Positions 37,201 through 50,600 of a stretch of 64,000 bases of DNA are shown here, one piece after another (the first letter of the stretch is position 1; each line of letters starts with the position of its first letter). Both the position numbers and the translations under genes were made by a program. Origin of the DNA: Phaeosaccion multiseriatum (lineage: Eukaryota > Protista > Ochrophyta, other classes); contig OZ218953.1 in the NCBI GenBank assembly GCA_965112735.1, forward strand, positions 1,922,001 through 1,986,000, written 5' to 3'. The notes below the pieces were generated by a model. That model had not been told where the DNA came from. It was given only the letters and a program-made list of their open reading frames with translations, and did not search any database.

Positions 37201-40200
37201 TCGAACGCTCCGTCGAACGAGTTCCTGCCTTCGCTGTCGCCACTCCCACTGCCACCACTGCCACCTCTACCACCGCTACCGTGCGCCAACGTGTGGGCGC
37301 GCCGCCGGCCGCCCTTGCGCCGCCCTTTGCCTGCCTTCCTTTTCTTGTTGGCTTCGTGGTAGTTGTAGTCGAAATGCTCTGCCATGGAACCGCCCATCTC
37401 ACTCGAAAACCTCCGCGACGCACGCGCATCCCACCCCATCCCTCCCCCTGGGCTGGCTCCTGCGGCAGACGGCAGGGTGGAGGGAAGGGTGCGTCCCCTT
37501 GATGAGAACAGCCCCACAGGCGCCAGAACGCCAGCCGAGCCTTTCCTGTGAGAGGTGGAGGAGTACGTGAAGGCGTTGGCGTTGTCATCATCACTAGCGT
37601 CTGCCTCCTCCTCCTCCTCCTGCTGCTGGTGGTGGTGCTGGTGCTCCCTGTCCTCCTTGCTTTGGTCGTGCTGCTGCTGCTGCTGGGGCAGCAATTTGTC
37701 TGCCACTCGTAGGACTGCTTCTCGGTGGAGGGGATTTTGCGGCTCTTTGCCTCTGCCTCTGCCGTTTCCTCCTCCTCCTTCCTCGCCCACTTGTACATCT
37801 GCGCCGTCGCCATCACCCTCCTCCTCCCCTTCCCCGTACTCCGAGTCTTTGACCGTTGATGCGTCTGAGTCGCTCCGAGGCCTGCCCCCCTCCTCATCTA
37901 CGGAGCACAACCGCTGCCGATCTCGCATGTAGGTTTCCAAGGGGGCATTTTGAGGCGGGGGAGAGGCGGTGGTGGCGGCGCTTGCGTCTGAGCTGTTTGA
38001 GCCCGTATGCCTCTGCTCTGCGGTCTCAGGTGGCCCGCATTCGTCCAAGGACATGAGGCTACCGCAGCTGTCTGCACTTAGTCGCTGCATCGTCTTTGGC
38101 TTGGGAGAGGAGGCACTCATTCGCGAGCACGTCATGTCTTCCGCGTCGTGATCTTCCTCGTCTGCCGCCCAAAACCCCCTCGGCAGACTAAACGCTCGAC
38201 TTGGCAGCTTACGCTCGCCCCCAGTGGCCGCGAAGAAGTCCAAGTCCGAGGTATCCGCAGCTGCACTGTTGGATCTACCCACTCGCTCGCCCTCTTCCAT
38301 CCCATCCAATAAGCCCCCCCCCATCCCCCCTCCTCCTCCTCCTCCTCCTCCTCCTCCTCCTCCTCTGTGTCTGCTGCCAAACGACGAGAAAGGAGACGTC
38401 GGAGCACCGCCCTCACCATCCATAACGAGCTTGGCTCGTGCCCCCTGGCGCTGCGACTGCTGCCTCAATGGGGGCTCCGTAGCTGACCGGACCATTGTCG
38501 GGCGAGGCTGCAGGGGCAGCGGTAGAGCACCGGCTGTGGAGATGCCCCCCAATCGTGGCTCTTGCTCGTTCTCCTTGCCGTCTTCTCCTCCTGCCGCCTT
38601 TCCGTTTCCGTCCCGCGCCTCCTCGGGCAACAACGCCTGCTGCTGCTGCTGCTGCTGCTGCCCCACTTCGTGCTGGCCGGTTACATGTTCCATCTCCTGT
38701 CTGAGCTGTCGGGCACTCGCAGACCCGATGGTGTAAAGGCAGGAGAGCGCTGCGCCTCTGCTCTGTCCGAGCTGCTGCTGCTGCTGCTGCTGCTGCCCCC
38801 TTTCAAAGCCCAAGTCAAGGAGCCACTGTTCAAAGTCCGCCACTTCTTGCTCGCCCTGCAAGTGGGTGGGCGGCTCCACAGAAAAGCTGCTGCCATCCCC
38901 CGGAGCGAAGGCCGCCTCTGCTGCGCGCGAGCAGGTGGGATGGAAGGGACGCTCATCGGAGAGGCACTCCTTGAGGTAGAGCCGCCAGTGCGTCGGACCA
39001 TCCCGCAGCACTCTGTTCCACGACCAGGACTGACGGTTTGACTGCCGCCCCCACTGCTGACCCTTGGCACTTGGCGAGCCTTCAGTGGCGCTCTCAGTCG
39101 CCTCGCTACGGAGACCGCCTAATGTCTGAGACAAGGAGCGGCGACGGCCTCCAGTCTTGAGTCCCAGCCGAGCGTCCTCCTTCCCGTGCTCTGACGGCCC
39201 CAGGCCAGGCAAGGAGGACCTTCTACGGTGCGTGCCTGCCAATAGTCCTACGGGGCCACCCCCCCCTGCTGGACAACCAACTGCTAATGATGATGCTGCT
39301 GCTGCTGCTGCTGCTGATCCTGCTGCTGGCACAGGGGATTTGGGGCTCGCGGCTCTGCTTCCTGCACCACCGGCTTTGCTGACACAACGGATCGGCCTTC
39401 GCTGCTGGTTAGTGCCCAGACGCCCCGAGGAGCCAGAGGGCGGGGACAGGGCGGGTGAGAAGCTCTTTGAACCGACGAAGGAGGCGGAGCTCAGGAACTG
39501 ATCCTGCAAAGGCTCTTGCTGCTGCTGCTGCTGCTGCTTTGAGGCGGTCGGAGGCGGCGTCCTCGGAGAGGTAAAGGTGCTGGATTGGGAGAAGAAGCTT
39601 GTACAGTCGGCGCCATCTGGGGTCACATCATCCAGGCACAGGGACGACGAACGAGCCGTCCGATCAAGGGAAAGGGCGGAAGAAGAGCGGACCGCCCCCA
39701 GGGAAAGGGAGGACGAGCGGGCTGCCCCCGGGGGCGCGGTGAGTGCTTCCGCGGGACTGAGCATGCAGAGGCTCTTGGTCCTTCTGTGGCCCTCCTCCGA
39801 GCTGTCGCTCTCGTTGCCCGCCATCGGACCCAAGCTCAAGCTTCCATTGCTGCTGCTGGTGCGAAGCCCATGACTGGCATTGCTGTCGTAGCTGCTGTTG
39901 CTGCCGAAAATACCTCCTCCTCCTCCTCCTCCTCCGACTCCGAAAAAGCCCCCCCCTCCCACTCCTCCCTCGCTTCCCGATGAGTTCTTCCTTGCTGCCC
40001 AGTCCGGCATGCCTGCCCCCGAGTCTCTCCCGGACCGTCGGCGCTTCGCTCCTGCAGACTTCCTTGGCTCCCCTCCCACGCTCATCGACCGGGCAATAGT
40101 GTGCCTACCTCCCCGACCAAAGGGAGCGCATACGTTCTCCTCATCTCGCTGCTGCTGTTGCTGCTGCAGATGCTGGTGGCGCCGAGGTTGTTGGAGGTCC

Positions 40201-40861
40201 GCTCGGTCTCCACTGCTGCTGCTCCTCCGTACCCTCACCTGCAGGAAGAGGGAATGAGAGAGAAGAGACAGATAGGGTCAACAGATCATGAAGTGAATTA
40301 CTGCGTGAAGAGAAGGAAACGGGGGGGAGGTGAAAACATGTACCCGCGCCCCGCCGGTACACTTGACCCCGCTTCTTCCCCATCCATGGTCGCTATCTTG
40401 TTGCTACTTCTCTCTTGCACTTTTCGTACCAATGAGCCTCGATTCCTGAACGGAGAAAGCTGTGGTGGATGATACTCTCCTGCCCCTTGCTGCTGTTTCC
40501 AGCGCGACGGGTCAGGGAGCAGCGAGGAGTGGGCAGAGGCAGCAGGGGGTGGAGAGCAGGCCATGGGGGAAACCCCTGTGTTCTCCTTCTGGACCTGCGG
40601 AAGGCCGAGGACGAAAGGATCGGCTGTGTTTTCCCGAGCCTTTGTGCTGTCTCTCAAGAACTTCTGTGGAGCCTTGTTGAGCACCCCAGCGCCACTCCAA
40701 GGGCGGTGTTGCTCCTCTGCCGCTTTGCGAAACAGCCCCATTCCCCTTTCCCTCGCTGCTGGGGCTGCTGCTAGTGCTGCCGCTGGTGCATCGAGGCAGG
40801 TGGCTCTGTCGTTGGGACTCGTACAACTGCTGTCCAGGAGGCCTCGTTGGGGAGACGACAT
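32895..40861 (-). CDS. Very large atypical (haspin-like) protein kinase with a long disordered N-terminus
   Basis: Exons 40861-~40361 (donor uncertain), 40238-36904, 36737-36590, 36422-32895. Kinase at about 34675-33110: QELAVSLL, VCPNLV, YVRMEMCPHGDLEDFV, LLFQM, RHYDVKLAN, VKLGDFG, DSFALALAMLHLFTG, DPAARPT. Confidence 0.8.
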
Positions 40862-41652
40862 TCTTATCGCTACACGTTAGACTCTGCAGCCACGCCTCCT
40901 TACAGGTTGCTGCTGCCGCTGCTGCTGCTGTTGCTGCTGCTTTGCAGTGCTGCTGCAGGTATTGATCTCAACTATTATGCCTGGTTTGAAGGGTAAGAAG
41001 GTGACGAAGAATGGAACACCAGAGCAGTGGCAGAGCAAAGCAGCAGACAGTGAGACACAAAAGCAAGCGCAGCAGAGAAAAGAGGTGAGCGACAAGCCGA
41101 GTGGAGATAAGCATTCGATGATTTGGCGCTATCCAGCCAGGGCAGCATAGAAGGACGGGGGTTTAGAGGACAGCACGGAGCCCACCATTCTCACAGGAGC
41201 CCACCCTTGGACAGTGAATTGGAGAGGATAAAGGTTGAAGACGTCCTCCTCTATGTCGTGCATCGTGCATCGTGCTGTGCCTATACATAGTTCGTACATA
41301 CCTGCTCGTCTTACTCTTCCTCGCCTCTCGAAGGGGAGCCACCGTAAAAAAAGCCACCGTTGAAAATTATAAAGCTCTCCCCTTAAGGTTCCTAAAGTCC
41401 CACTCAGATTATTATAGAGAGCTGCAAAAAGATTAGACCACTTCCATCTTTGCGTTGGCAACTGCTGTCACTCCTTGTGAGGGTGTCGCTCTTCCTTGTC
41501 GTCTGTCGTCAGAGTAAAGTAGGGTGAGAGACAGGAGATTAAAAAAAAAAATGGAAAGCGCCCTGCTCGAATTTGAATCGAGGGGGTCGAATAGTACGTA
41601 AGTTTACACAATTTTCGAAAAATCAAACAAGGGTGCGCGTGTGGAGGAACTT

Positions 41653-41809
41653 TCGACCCCTGACACACTACCGCTACCGCTATCGCCGGCGCCAGCCGGC
41701 GCGCTATCCGCTATCGGCCGGCGCCAGCCGGCACGCTATCCGCTATCGGCCCCCGGGGGGGCCGATAGCGCGCTATCGAGAATGTGGGCGATAGTGTGTC
41801 AGGGGTCGA
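41653..41809. mobile_element. MITE-like element with 18-bp perfect TIRs and 6-bp flanking direct repeat
   Basis: TCGACCCCTGACACACTA (41653-41670) pairs with TAGTGTGTCAGGGGTCGA (41792-41809). GAACTT flanks both sides (41647-41652 and 41810-41815). Non-coding. Confidence 0.7.
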
Positions 41810-41815
41810 GAACTT

Positions 41816-42013
41816 GACCCTGACATGCTATCAATAGACCACAGTCTCGATACAACTGTAGCACACGCTATCGCTCTATATGCTCTATATGCTCGATATG
41901 CTCTATATGCTATAGACCACATTCTCGATAGCACGCTATCGGAGCCTGAGCGTCCGATAGCAGATAGCACGCCGGCCGGCGCCGGCGATGGCAGATAGCA
42001 CGTCAGGGGTCGA
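41816..42013. mobile_element. Second, related MITE-like copy in inverted orientation
   Basis: Ends GACCCTGACATGCTATC ... GATAGCACGTCAGGGGTCGA. Its reverse complement matches internal segments of the first unit (CCGATAGCGyGCTATCGAGAATGTGG; ATCGCCGGCGCCrGCCGGCGyGCTATC). Contains four GCTCTATAT-type repeats. Confidence 0.6.
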
Positions 42014-42069
42014 TAGTATACTCTTTGCTCTCCTCTCCTCTTACTCTCCTCTCCTCTCCTCGACCCTCT

Positions 42070-44316
42070 TCAAAAAAGGAAAACCAGCTGCAAAACACCG
42101 GCCACCACTCCCAGCACCCCACCCACAAAAATGAGTTTGGCCTCGTCCTCCTCGAACACGGGGTGCAGCACGCCTTCAAACTCCTCGTAGGGCAGACCCT
42201 GCATGGCCTCGCACAGCGTGGCTTCAACCTGCAGGGCCTCGTTGATATACTCATGCGCGAAGGCCATTAACTGAGGCATGTACATCAGGAGCCGCCCCGA
42301 CACATCGTCCGTGATGCCGAAGAAGTCTTCCCCACCCAGTCGCGCCAGCACCAGGGGCTTCAGCGCGCCCATCATTTCATCGACGAAGAGGTGCACGTGC
42401 TCAGAACACAGTCGGTTGAAGCGGGGCGCGTGTGGGCCTGACAAGATGGACTCCCACATGACCTTGGAGTGTAGGGTCTGTTTTGCGATGATCTTCGCAA
42501 AGCCCTCAGAGACCTCTGGCTGCCGCCGGAGAAAGAGGCCATGAAGGTAGATTGCTCCTCCGAGGAGTCTCCGCGGCTGGATGGGCTTGAAGATCATAAA
42601 CAGCGCCAGGTAGTTGGTTAAAAATCCCACGAAGAACCCGCCCACTGGTCTGTCAAAGCAATGAGAAGGGGGGGGGGGGGGGGGTGGAACGGAACAGGCA
42701 TGAGGGGCTAAGGAAGACAGTAATGCAGAGTGAGATGCCACGTGCCCGTCTTGCGCGTGAGAGAAGAGAACAAAAGATTCGTCCCGCCACCCCATCCCTC
42801 CTTAACTTACAAGACCCAGGAGCCCTTGTAGAACCAGAACACTACCGCTTGTACGATCCCAAAGAGGAAGCCAAAGTAGATGCCCGATAGCTCGATGAAC
42901 TTGAGCTCCTTGGCGCCCACCTCGAGAAAGATGTTGTTCAGTAAGGACTTGTCCTTCTCTATGTTGGTCACAACCATGTGTCTAATGTCCAGCAGGTTTG
43001 TAATGTTTCCCTTGACGTCGGTCATTAACGAGTCGACGAAGGGTGGGACGGACTCTAGGGCCTTGAGAACAATTTCGTTGCGCACTTCCACGGGCAGGAT
43101 GGACCACGTTCCGGGTAGGAATTGATTGGCCAGCTGTGAAAAAACAGAGGAGGAGGAGGAGGAGGAGGAGGGAGGGAGGGAGGGAGGAGGAGGAGGAGTA
43201 GGAGGGGGGGAGGGGGGAGGAGAGAGGGGAGTGGAGGGGGGGAGGAGGAAGAAGAGGAGGCACAAGTTAGGAGGGGAGGAAAAGGGGCGCTTCGGTCCAC
43301 AGGCCAACATGGGGGAAATTGTTTGAGAAAAACCCCTGCCAAGCGGCCCGATCTGGGTCGTTTGTTCTCCGATGTCCCCCAAGAATGCTCCGTTCCATGC
43401 TATGTGCCCACCTCCTTGATGGTGCGGTCGAGAAAGAGGAGTAGGCCCGGCTCCAATGCCTCTGCCATTTTTGCCGCATCTAGCCTGGAGAAGACCTCTG
43501 CAATGTCGATGAGCTTCTCGGTCATGAGGTCGACGGTCTTTGCCGCCATCTTGGCTGCCTTGGAGGGCACTGCTTATCGCAGACAGGCAGGCAGGAGGGG
43601 GGGGTGGCAAGTCTGAGCAAATCGGAAACTCAGCTGAGTCAATCAATCGCGAAGGAAAGAAAACGTGTGTCTTCCACACGAGAAATTACCACCACAGAAG
43701 TGCTACTCGAGAAGAAGCAGGAGGGGAGACTGTGAGAGAGGCACAGGGAAGGGAAAAGAAGGGATTGTCATTCATCCCCCCCCCCCCCAGACAGGATGTT
43801 CGTGCCACATATTACCTATGCCTTGCCACCCGATAAAGCCGAGAGGCTGGTCTTTGGGTTGCCAGATCTTGATTCCCCAGAACTCTGTCGCCACGGGGAG
43901 ACAGCATAGAAAAAAGCAGGGCGTGAAACAAAGCGAAAAGGAGGTGCAACGAGCCAATGAGGGATGACTGAGCTACAATAGAACGCCCTCACGACCCCCC
44001 TCACGGCCCCTTTCGTCTTACCGAGAGGGAAGAAAGTCATCTTGAGTGCCACCACATTGGTGACGTATCCCACTGGCCGCGGCAGGAGAAGCACGTTCGC
44101 ACGAATGGAGAGAGGTTAGTCAGCATCATTGGTCAGATTGGCACAATCAAAGTATCCGACATACCTGCGCCTGAGATGAAGGGCATGAGTATGTAGAGCC
44201 ATAGTGGGTCGTCACCGCCCGTCCACTGAACACTCAGGACCTACGAAGAGAGGGGGAAAAGTTAGAGAGTTTTTGGCGTCACCGCCGCGGCTTCTCCTCA
44301 CCCTTGAAATACCCAT
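42070..44316 (-). CDS. DUF445 family membrane protein
   Basis: Seven predicted exons; the start could extend to an in-frame ATG at 44463. Motifs GYVTNVVALKMTFFP, GWQGIVPSKAAKMA, ELKFIELSGIYFGFLFG, GFLTNYLALFMIFKP, GLFLRRQPEVS, EFEGVLHPVFEEDE. Confidence 0.85.
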
Positions 44317-44563
44317 GCAGGAGGGGGATACGAGTCCCCCTATTGTCCTTTTCTGGGACCAATGGTCCTCACGTAAGCGCTCATATAGCGTCTGTATAGC
44401 GTCATATAGCGTAGCGTGTCCGGCGAGCTTCTCCGGCGAGCTTTGAGGGTTGGTGCTCCCCATGGACTCACAGATACTTGCGGCGTGGGAGCCGCACAGG
44501 GGAGGAAAAACAGGCAAGCAGGAAAAGCAGCGGCAGCAGCAGGGAGGAGCCTGCTGGGAGGTG

Positions 44564-47540
44564 ATGGCTTCGTCCGTGTTGGGGAAGCTCCCTCGCGGCC
44601 AAGCGCGTGATGACGGCGCAAACCCCTTCAAGTTTACGAAAAAGAGACAGCGGGCAGAGGCAGTGGCCGTCGACGTGGGACGACAAGTGAAAGGAGACGG
44701 CTATCTAGGAGCCGACGCCGAGACGCCTGAGAGCGGGAAGCGGGGATGCTTCTTCCAGGACGAGATGGAGCGATGCAAGGAGCTGAACACGACTATCGTG
44801 TTCAAGCGCTTCTACTATCGCGTGTGGCGTCAAGTGCAGTCCCTGCCTGAGCTACTGCACCACAGCGAAAGCGTCTTAGGCGAGCTGCGTGCTCTGCTGG
44901 TTGATCCGAAGGTCTGTAGCTTGGGACTGGCGTATCGACAGGAGTCATGGCACAGACCGCCTGCTTCTCCGTGTGTCACGTCACTCACTCGCTCGCTCGC
45001 TCCCTCTCTCTCCCTCTTCCCCGACCCACTCAGGTTTTTGCGGTGACTGGAAACGAGGCACTGCAGCTCCTATCCGTCTTATCTCGTGATCTACAGGGGG
45101 ACATCTACCCTTACTTCGCTACAGTCATGGACACACTCATGGGCGTGTTGGTGGTACAGGAAGACTCCCCGGAGACTGCCGGCAAGGTGGTGAGAACCAT
45201 CGGCTACATCCTCAAATACTGCTCTCGACCTTTGCTGGCAAAACCCGAAAGCCTGCATCCCTTCTATGCCCCTCTGCTGGGCCACCGCCAAGCGCACATT
45301 CGGCGCTACTCTGCCGAGGCCTTTGCCTCTCTCCTGCGAAAGCTCAACGCCAAGAGTCAGCGCCGACACACCCGTGACTTGCTTCGCGCGGTGGCCCAAG
45401 GTATGGACCACGGATGGAAGGAAGGGGGTGCCGTGAGTAGGCAGCAGCGAGACGTTGTCGACGGGTGTGCGCAGCTGTTCTTCTACATGTGCAAAGGAGT
45501 GGTGGGTAGGGTCCATTCCAAAGCGGGAGAGCTCTTAAAGGTGTTACTCAACGCTACCATGGCCCCCAATGCGGCACCCGCATCTGTTGCCGCGGACAGG
45601 AAGAAGGGCAAGAAGAAGAAGGAGAAGAAGGCAAAGGGCGGGAAGAAGGGGGAGGAGGGTAGACTCAATGACGACGACGAGGAGGAGGAGGAGGAGGAGG
45701 CAGAGGCCGAGGCGGAGGAGCAGAAAGAAAGGTACCGGCGTTGGTGCTTTGAGGTGGTGCTGATCATGCTGAACATGCTGGCCAAGCACGTGCATCCTTC
45801 TCATGCCTCGGAGGTGTGGATGGTCCTACAGTGCTCGCTCGGGGTAGCCACAGAGCGATGCAAAGCCGGACTTCTCATCAAGGGGACCGGGGAGGGGCTA
45901 TCGGAGCAAGTGGCCAACCTGACTGCCTCCCTGCGTCGCCAGCTGAGGGCAGTCACTTTCCTGGCAGAGTACACGGGCGGCTTCCTGCTCAAGGACAAGG
46001 CGGTTCGTGCGGAGCAGGTGCCACTCCTACTCACTGCCCTGCAGGAGCTGGCCCAACCATCGCTGTTCCGACACCGCCACTTCTCCTCTGCCTGCAGGGC
46101 AACGGTCATTGACCTTCAGGCCGCTGCTCTGCGAGCCCTCCATCAGGAGCAAAAGTTCGTGCGGCAGATGCCCGAGTTGACGAAGGCTCTGGGCTGTCCC
46201 GACTGCCCCACGGGTGGTGGTGGTGGTGATGGTGGTGGGGAGGGAGCGGTACTGGTGGAGGGGGGACTGGCGCAGCACCCTGCCATTGCACTTTGTCGTA
46301 GCTTCCTGCCGTTTCAGAAGGAGGAAGAGCAACAACAGCACCATTCGCACCAGCACCAGCAGCACCAGGAGGAGAAGGAGGATCTTCCGTATGGTGTGTC
46401 CGCGCGCCAGCAGGCACGGAGTGGAGGCGGGAGAGGAGGAGAAGAGGGGACACCAGAGCAGCGAAGAGAGCAGCGCGAGACGGCCATCAAGAGGAACCTT
46501 CCTGTGGTGAGTAGGGCGGTCCTCCCAGCCCTTGTCGGCGTGGCTGCGACATACGCGGCGGATGAGGGAGATTTTGAGGTGGCACTGGAGGTGCTTTCGC
46601 GCATCGTCATGGGCAAGGGGATTCGACTGAAGTGGAACCACACGCACAACCACACGCTCGCACTGCCAGTGGAGGGCCATGGGGAGGCGAAACAGCAACA
46701 GCCGAGCAGTTGGAGGAGACTGGCAAGCCTAGGGGGGGGCATCCACATCGACGCTGCTGATGGAGAGAGGCTGCTCGAAACTTGCGTGACGGTCATTAAG
46801 AGGGGCGTAGAAGCGGTGAAAGGCCGCCGCCGCAGCAGCAGCAGCAGCAGCTTCAACAGCAGCCCAAAGAAGATGAAGAACAAGAAGAAGAACAAGCAGA
46901 AGAACAAGAATCAGAGCTCGGGGACGGACGACATGGAGGATGGCGAGGAGGACGCTAGTGCTCGTGCCTGTGCTAGTGGCGTTGGTGATTCGAAGAAGCT
47001 GCCCTATCTCGTGGCGGGGGCGATTCGCTGCATGCCAGTGCTTGTGGGGCTCCTGTGGGGGGCGGAGGGGAGGCTCACAAATGAAGGTGGTGGGGGTGTT
47101 GGTGCTTTGGGTCTGGATACAGACGACGACGACGTGGCCATGGATGAGGGAAAGGGGGTGGACGGGAGCTGCCCCTTACCGCAGCAGGCGCTACAGGCAC
47201 TGGAGCAGGTCATGTGCCTCGAAGAGCAGCAGTTGGTGATACAGCAGCAGCCTTGGCGGGTGTTGCAAGCGCTAGCTTTGGAGAGTGCGGTGGGCGTGTT
47301 TGCAGTGGTGTCGCTGAGGGGCTGTCGGCAGCGAACAGTGCTGCAGCGTAAATTAAAGCTCTGGCAGACGCGGGCCTTGTCCTGGCTGAGAGCGGACCCA
47401 TCCTCCTTGCCTGTGCTGAGGGCATTTGGAATGCTCCTGCAGGCACAGAGAGGGCTGGTGCATCAGCGGAGGCAACTCTCGGCAGGAAGAAACGAGTCGT
47501 TGCACGAGGGTGGTGATGAAGAGGAGCAGGGGGAGGAGGG

Positions 47541-47603
<63 letters not shown>

Positions 47604-50600
47604 GGAGGAGGAGGGTGACCAGGAAGGCGGCAAGTCGCGCGGAGGAGTGGATCTGTCCTCTGCTGCCAGCCTGGAGTTGCTGACCTTGCTGACGGACAAC
47701 TTGAGGTCGAGCAATCGAATGCTGCGCCTCTTGACCCTTCAAGTCATCGACGCCTTCGACCACCTCCCACTCGAGCCTGGAGGAGAAGGAGAAGGAGAAG
47801 GAGGAGGAGGAGGAGGAGGGGGGTCGCCACCATCATCCGTGGGGCCCTGCCTGCTGCCCACCATCCTGCGTGAGCTGGAGGAGCTTCCTATCTCTGTCAT
47901 GGCCGAGCGAGACCACTCAATCCGCCTCTCCCGCCTCGAGCTGCTGGCAGGTAGCGGTCGCCTACCCCGTGCATACGCCTCAATGGCCGCTCACCACCTC
48001 CTAGGGCTGCTCCACGTCAAGTTTTCGGACATGTGGACCAAGGCAAGCGTCGCTCTGGCTGTGTTAGCGGCTTCGTATGAGGAGGAGGTGTGGGTGCCGT
48101 ACCGCCGGAGTCTGCGAGAGGTGAACGTACCCAAGAGGTCACCACCGTCACCGAAGGAGGAGGAGGAGGAGGAGGAGGAGGGGGGAGGGGGATGGCAGTG
48201 GAAGGCGGGGAGGAGGAGCCAAGGGCAAGTGGCTGAAGGGGCTGTTTAACGAGGCCACTCGCTTCGAAGGAGGGCCGCCAAGCTGGTGGCGGGGCTCGTG
48301 CCTGCCCCTGGGCCTGATTGGGGTGTTCGGAGACCCAACCGTGAGCGCCGCCATGGACACCCCCTCAGGGACTGCCCCTCTATGGGCAGTAGCGGAGCAT
48401 GACGCGGTGCACAGCACGATGTGGGGCTTACTCTCTAGGGCGCCGGACCTGCTGCAGCGGAAGAGCCGAGTGTTGGTACCCATGGTGCTCGGCTTTGTGC
48501 AGCATCAGTACCTGCAGGCCTTTCCAGAGAACGTCGATGTGCAGGCGGTGCGCTGCGGTGATCATGTCGGGCAAGAGGAGGAGGAGGAGGAGGAGGAGGA
48601 GGGCGGTGTGCTCGCTTTGAGGCTGCACCGGAAGAAGAGAGAGGAGGAAGCGGAAGGAGTGGACGGGTTGGGGGTGGTGGAGTCAGGCACGGCGAGTACC
48701 AAACAGCGGCTCATCACCCTGCTGAGAGTGCTCTCCAAGTGCAAAGGCCCCAAGAACTTGTACAAGTGCTTGGTGCTGGAGAGGCTGTATGTGGCGCTGG
48801 TGACCCTCTCCGACGGGCTGGTGGCCAAGCTGTCGATGGAGGCGCTCCTCACCTACAAGAGGGAGTATCTCACGCCCTACAAGGCTCAGCTCAGGGGACT
48901 CACGGACGAGACCAAGATCAGGGATGATATCGTCAAGGTCAGTTCAATTCACTGGTTCATCAGTCAGTGAGTCAGTGAGTCAGTCCGTCCGTCCGTCCGT
49001 CAGTCAATTAGTCAGTCAGTACGTCGCGCACATAACCACACCTACTCACGCCCACACGCACGCCCACACTCACGCACACACCCACGCCCCTCTCTCATGA
49101 CAGCTTGACCTTCGGCGCAGCGGAGGGGTGGTGGAAGTGCAGCATCGTGCGGAGCTGCTCCCCATCCTCATTCGAGTGCTGTATGGTCGCTTCGTCGCGG
49201 GTAAGGGGAGCTCTCAAGGAGGAGGGGGCAGTAGGTTCTCGCCTCGAGCCAAACGGGCCGCCATCCTGTCTTGCTTGTCGCAGCTTGAGCCGGAGGAAGT
49301 GGGCGATTTTATCCTACTCATGGTGCGCGCTTTCCTGCCATCGGAGAGTCGTCTCCTGACACCTGGTACTGGTGATTCCAGCACCAGCACCAGCACCAGC
49401 ACCAGCACCAGCACCAGCACCAGCACAAGCACCAAAAAGTCCGCGCGGCAAGGGCAGCAGCAGCTGGTGCTACAGCAGCTGGAGATGTTGAGCAGCCAGG
49501 GAGGGGAGGAGGAAGAGGAAGACGAGAGCGGAAACCGCTGCCTCCTGCCTCTTGCCGTGAGAGAACAGGTGCGCAGCGTGAATCTGAGCAAGCAAGTGGG
49601 CTTTCTGAATGTGGTGGTGGATGTGTCCAGACACCTCGGAGTGAAGGCCCGCGCTTATATAGGGCCTCTTGTCAGCGTCGTGTTGGAGCTGCTGAAGGTG
49701 TCGAGCGAACTTGCAGAGTCGGCTGCTGTGGAAGACCAAGAGGAGAGGGAGAGGAAGGAGGAGGGCAAGAAGCAGCAGCAGCAAGAGGAAGAAGAGGAGG
49801 ATGAGGAGGAGGAGGAAGAGGAGGAGGAAGAGGAGGAAGAGAATAGGTCTGCTCTCGTGATCGGCAAAAAGCGTACGACCGCAAGCACCCTGCGCACCCT
49901 TTCTCTCCTCGCCATCTCCGCCCTCCTGGAGCAGTACCAAGATACGGACTTTACACCCTATGCCTCAGCCCTTTGGACCCCCCTAGGCTCGTCCCTGCAG
50001 AGGCTGCCCGGTGTCTGTGTAGGTGCCAAGAAACCATCCGCCCTCCTCTCCCTGGCAGAGGTGCTTGCGCGGCTTTCACAGGCGCACCACGGCTTGCTGG
50101 AGCACCAACAGGGGCAGCAGGTTATCGTGGCCGTGCTGGAGTGTCTGGCAGCCGACCCTTGTGGTGATGCGGTGGTGAGGAAGGTGCTAGAGGTTGTGGA
50201 GCACCTTATGGATGCCCAGGGTAGCCCTACAGCCCAGGGTAGTAGCACTGGAGGAGGAAGTGAGGGCATGGTAGCCGGGGCTCTACTGCGCTCCCACTTC
50301 CCCCTCTTGGTGCGCATGTTCACGGCTCGGCTCGGCAGGGGCCGCTCTGATGGACTCGGAAGGGGAGACAAAGACAGTATGGCCGTTAGGGAGCTCGCCA
50401 TACTCACAAGGGTCGCCGAGGAAGTCACCTCCTCCCCCACCTCTTCCTCTTCTTTCCCTTCGAGTTCGAGTTCGAGTGGGACTTTGTCTTCTTCCTCTTT
50501 GGCCTCTTCCGGTTCCCTGATGGACGCAGGGACCTCTTCTCAGTTGGCGGCGCTGCTGTTGCCCTTCCTCGCCCCCGGCCGCCGCACCTCCCGAGAGGCG

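Noticed and set aside
41129-41668. Short ORFs in the AT-richer intergenic region
   Set aside because: No recognisable motif or splice structure, and I could not identify an ncRNA there.
41680-41910. CRISPR-like or integron attC-like array
   Set aside because: The repeats are tandem or inverted without regular unique spacers, there is no cas or integrase gene, and the context is eukaryotic.
44461-44464. Two genes initiating from one palindromic CATG
   Set aside because: Both ATGs are in frame, but downstream ATGs (44564, 44316) lie closer to where family similarity begins. It cannot be supported without TSS data.
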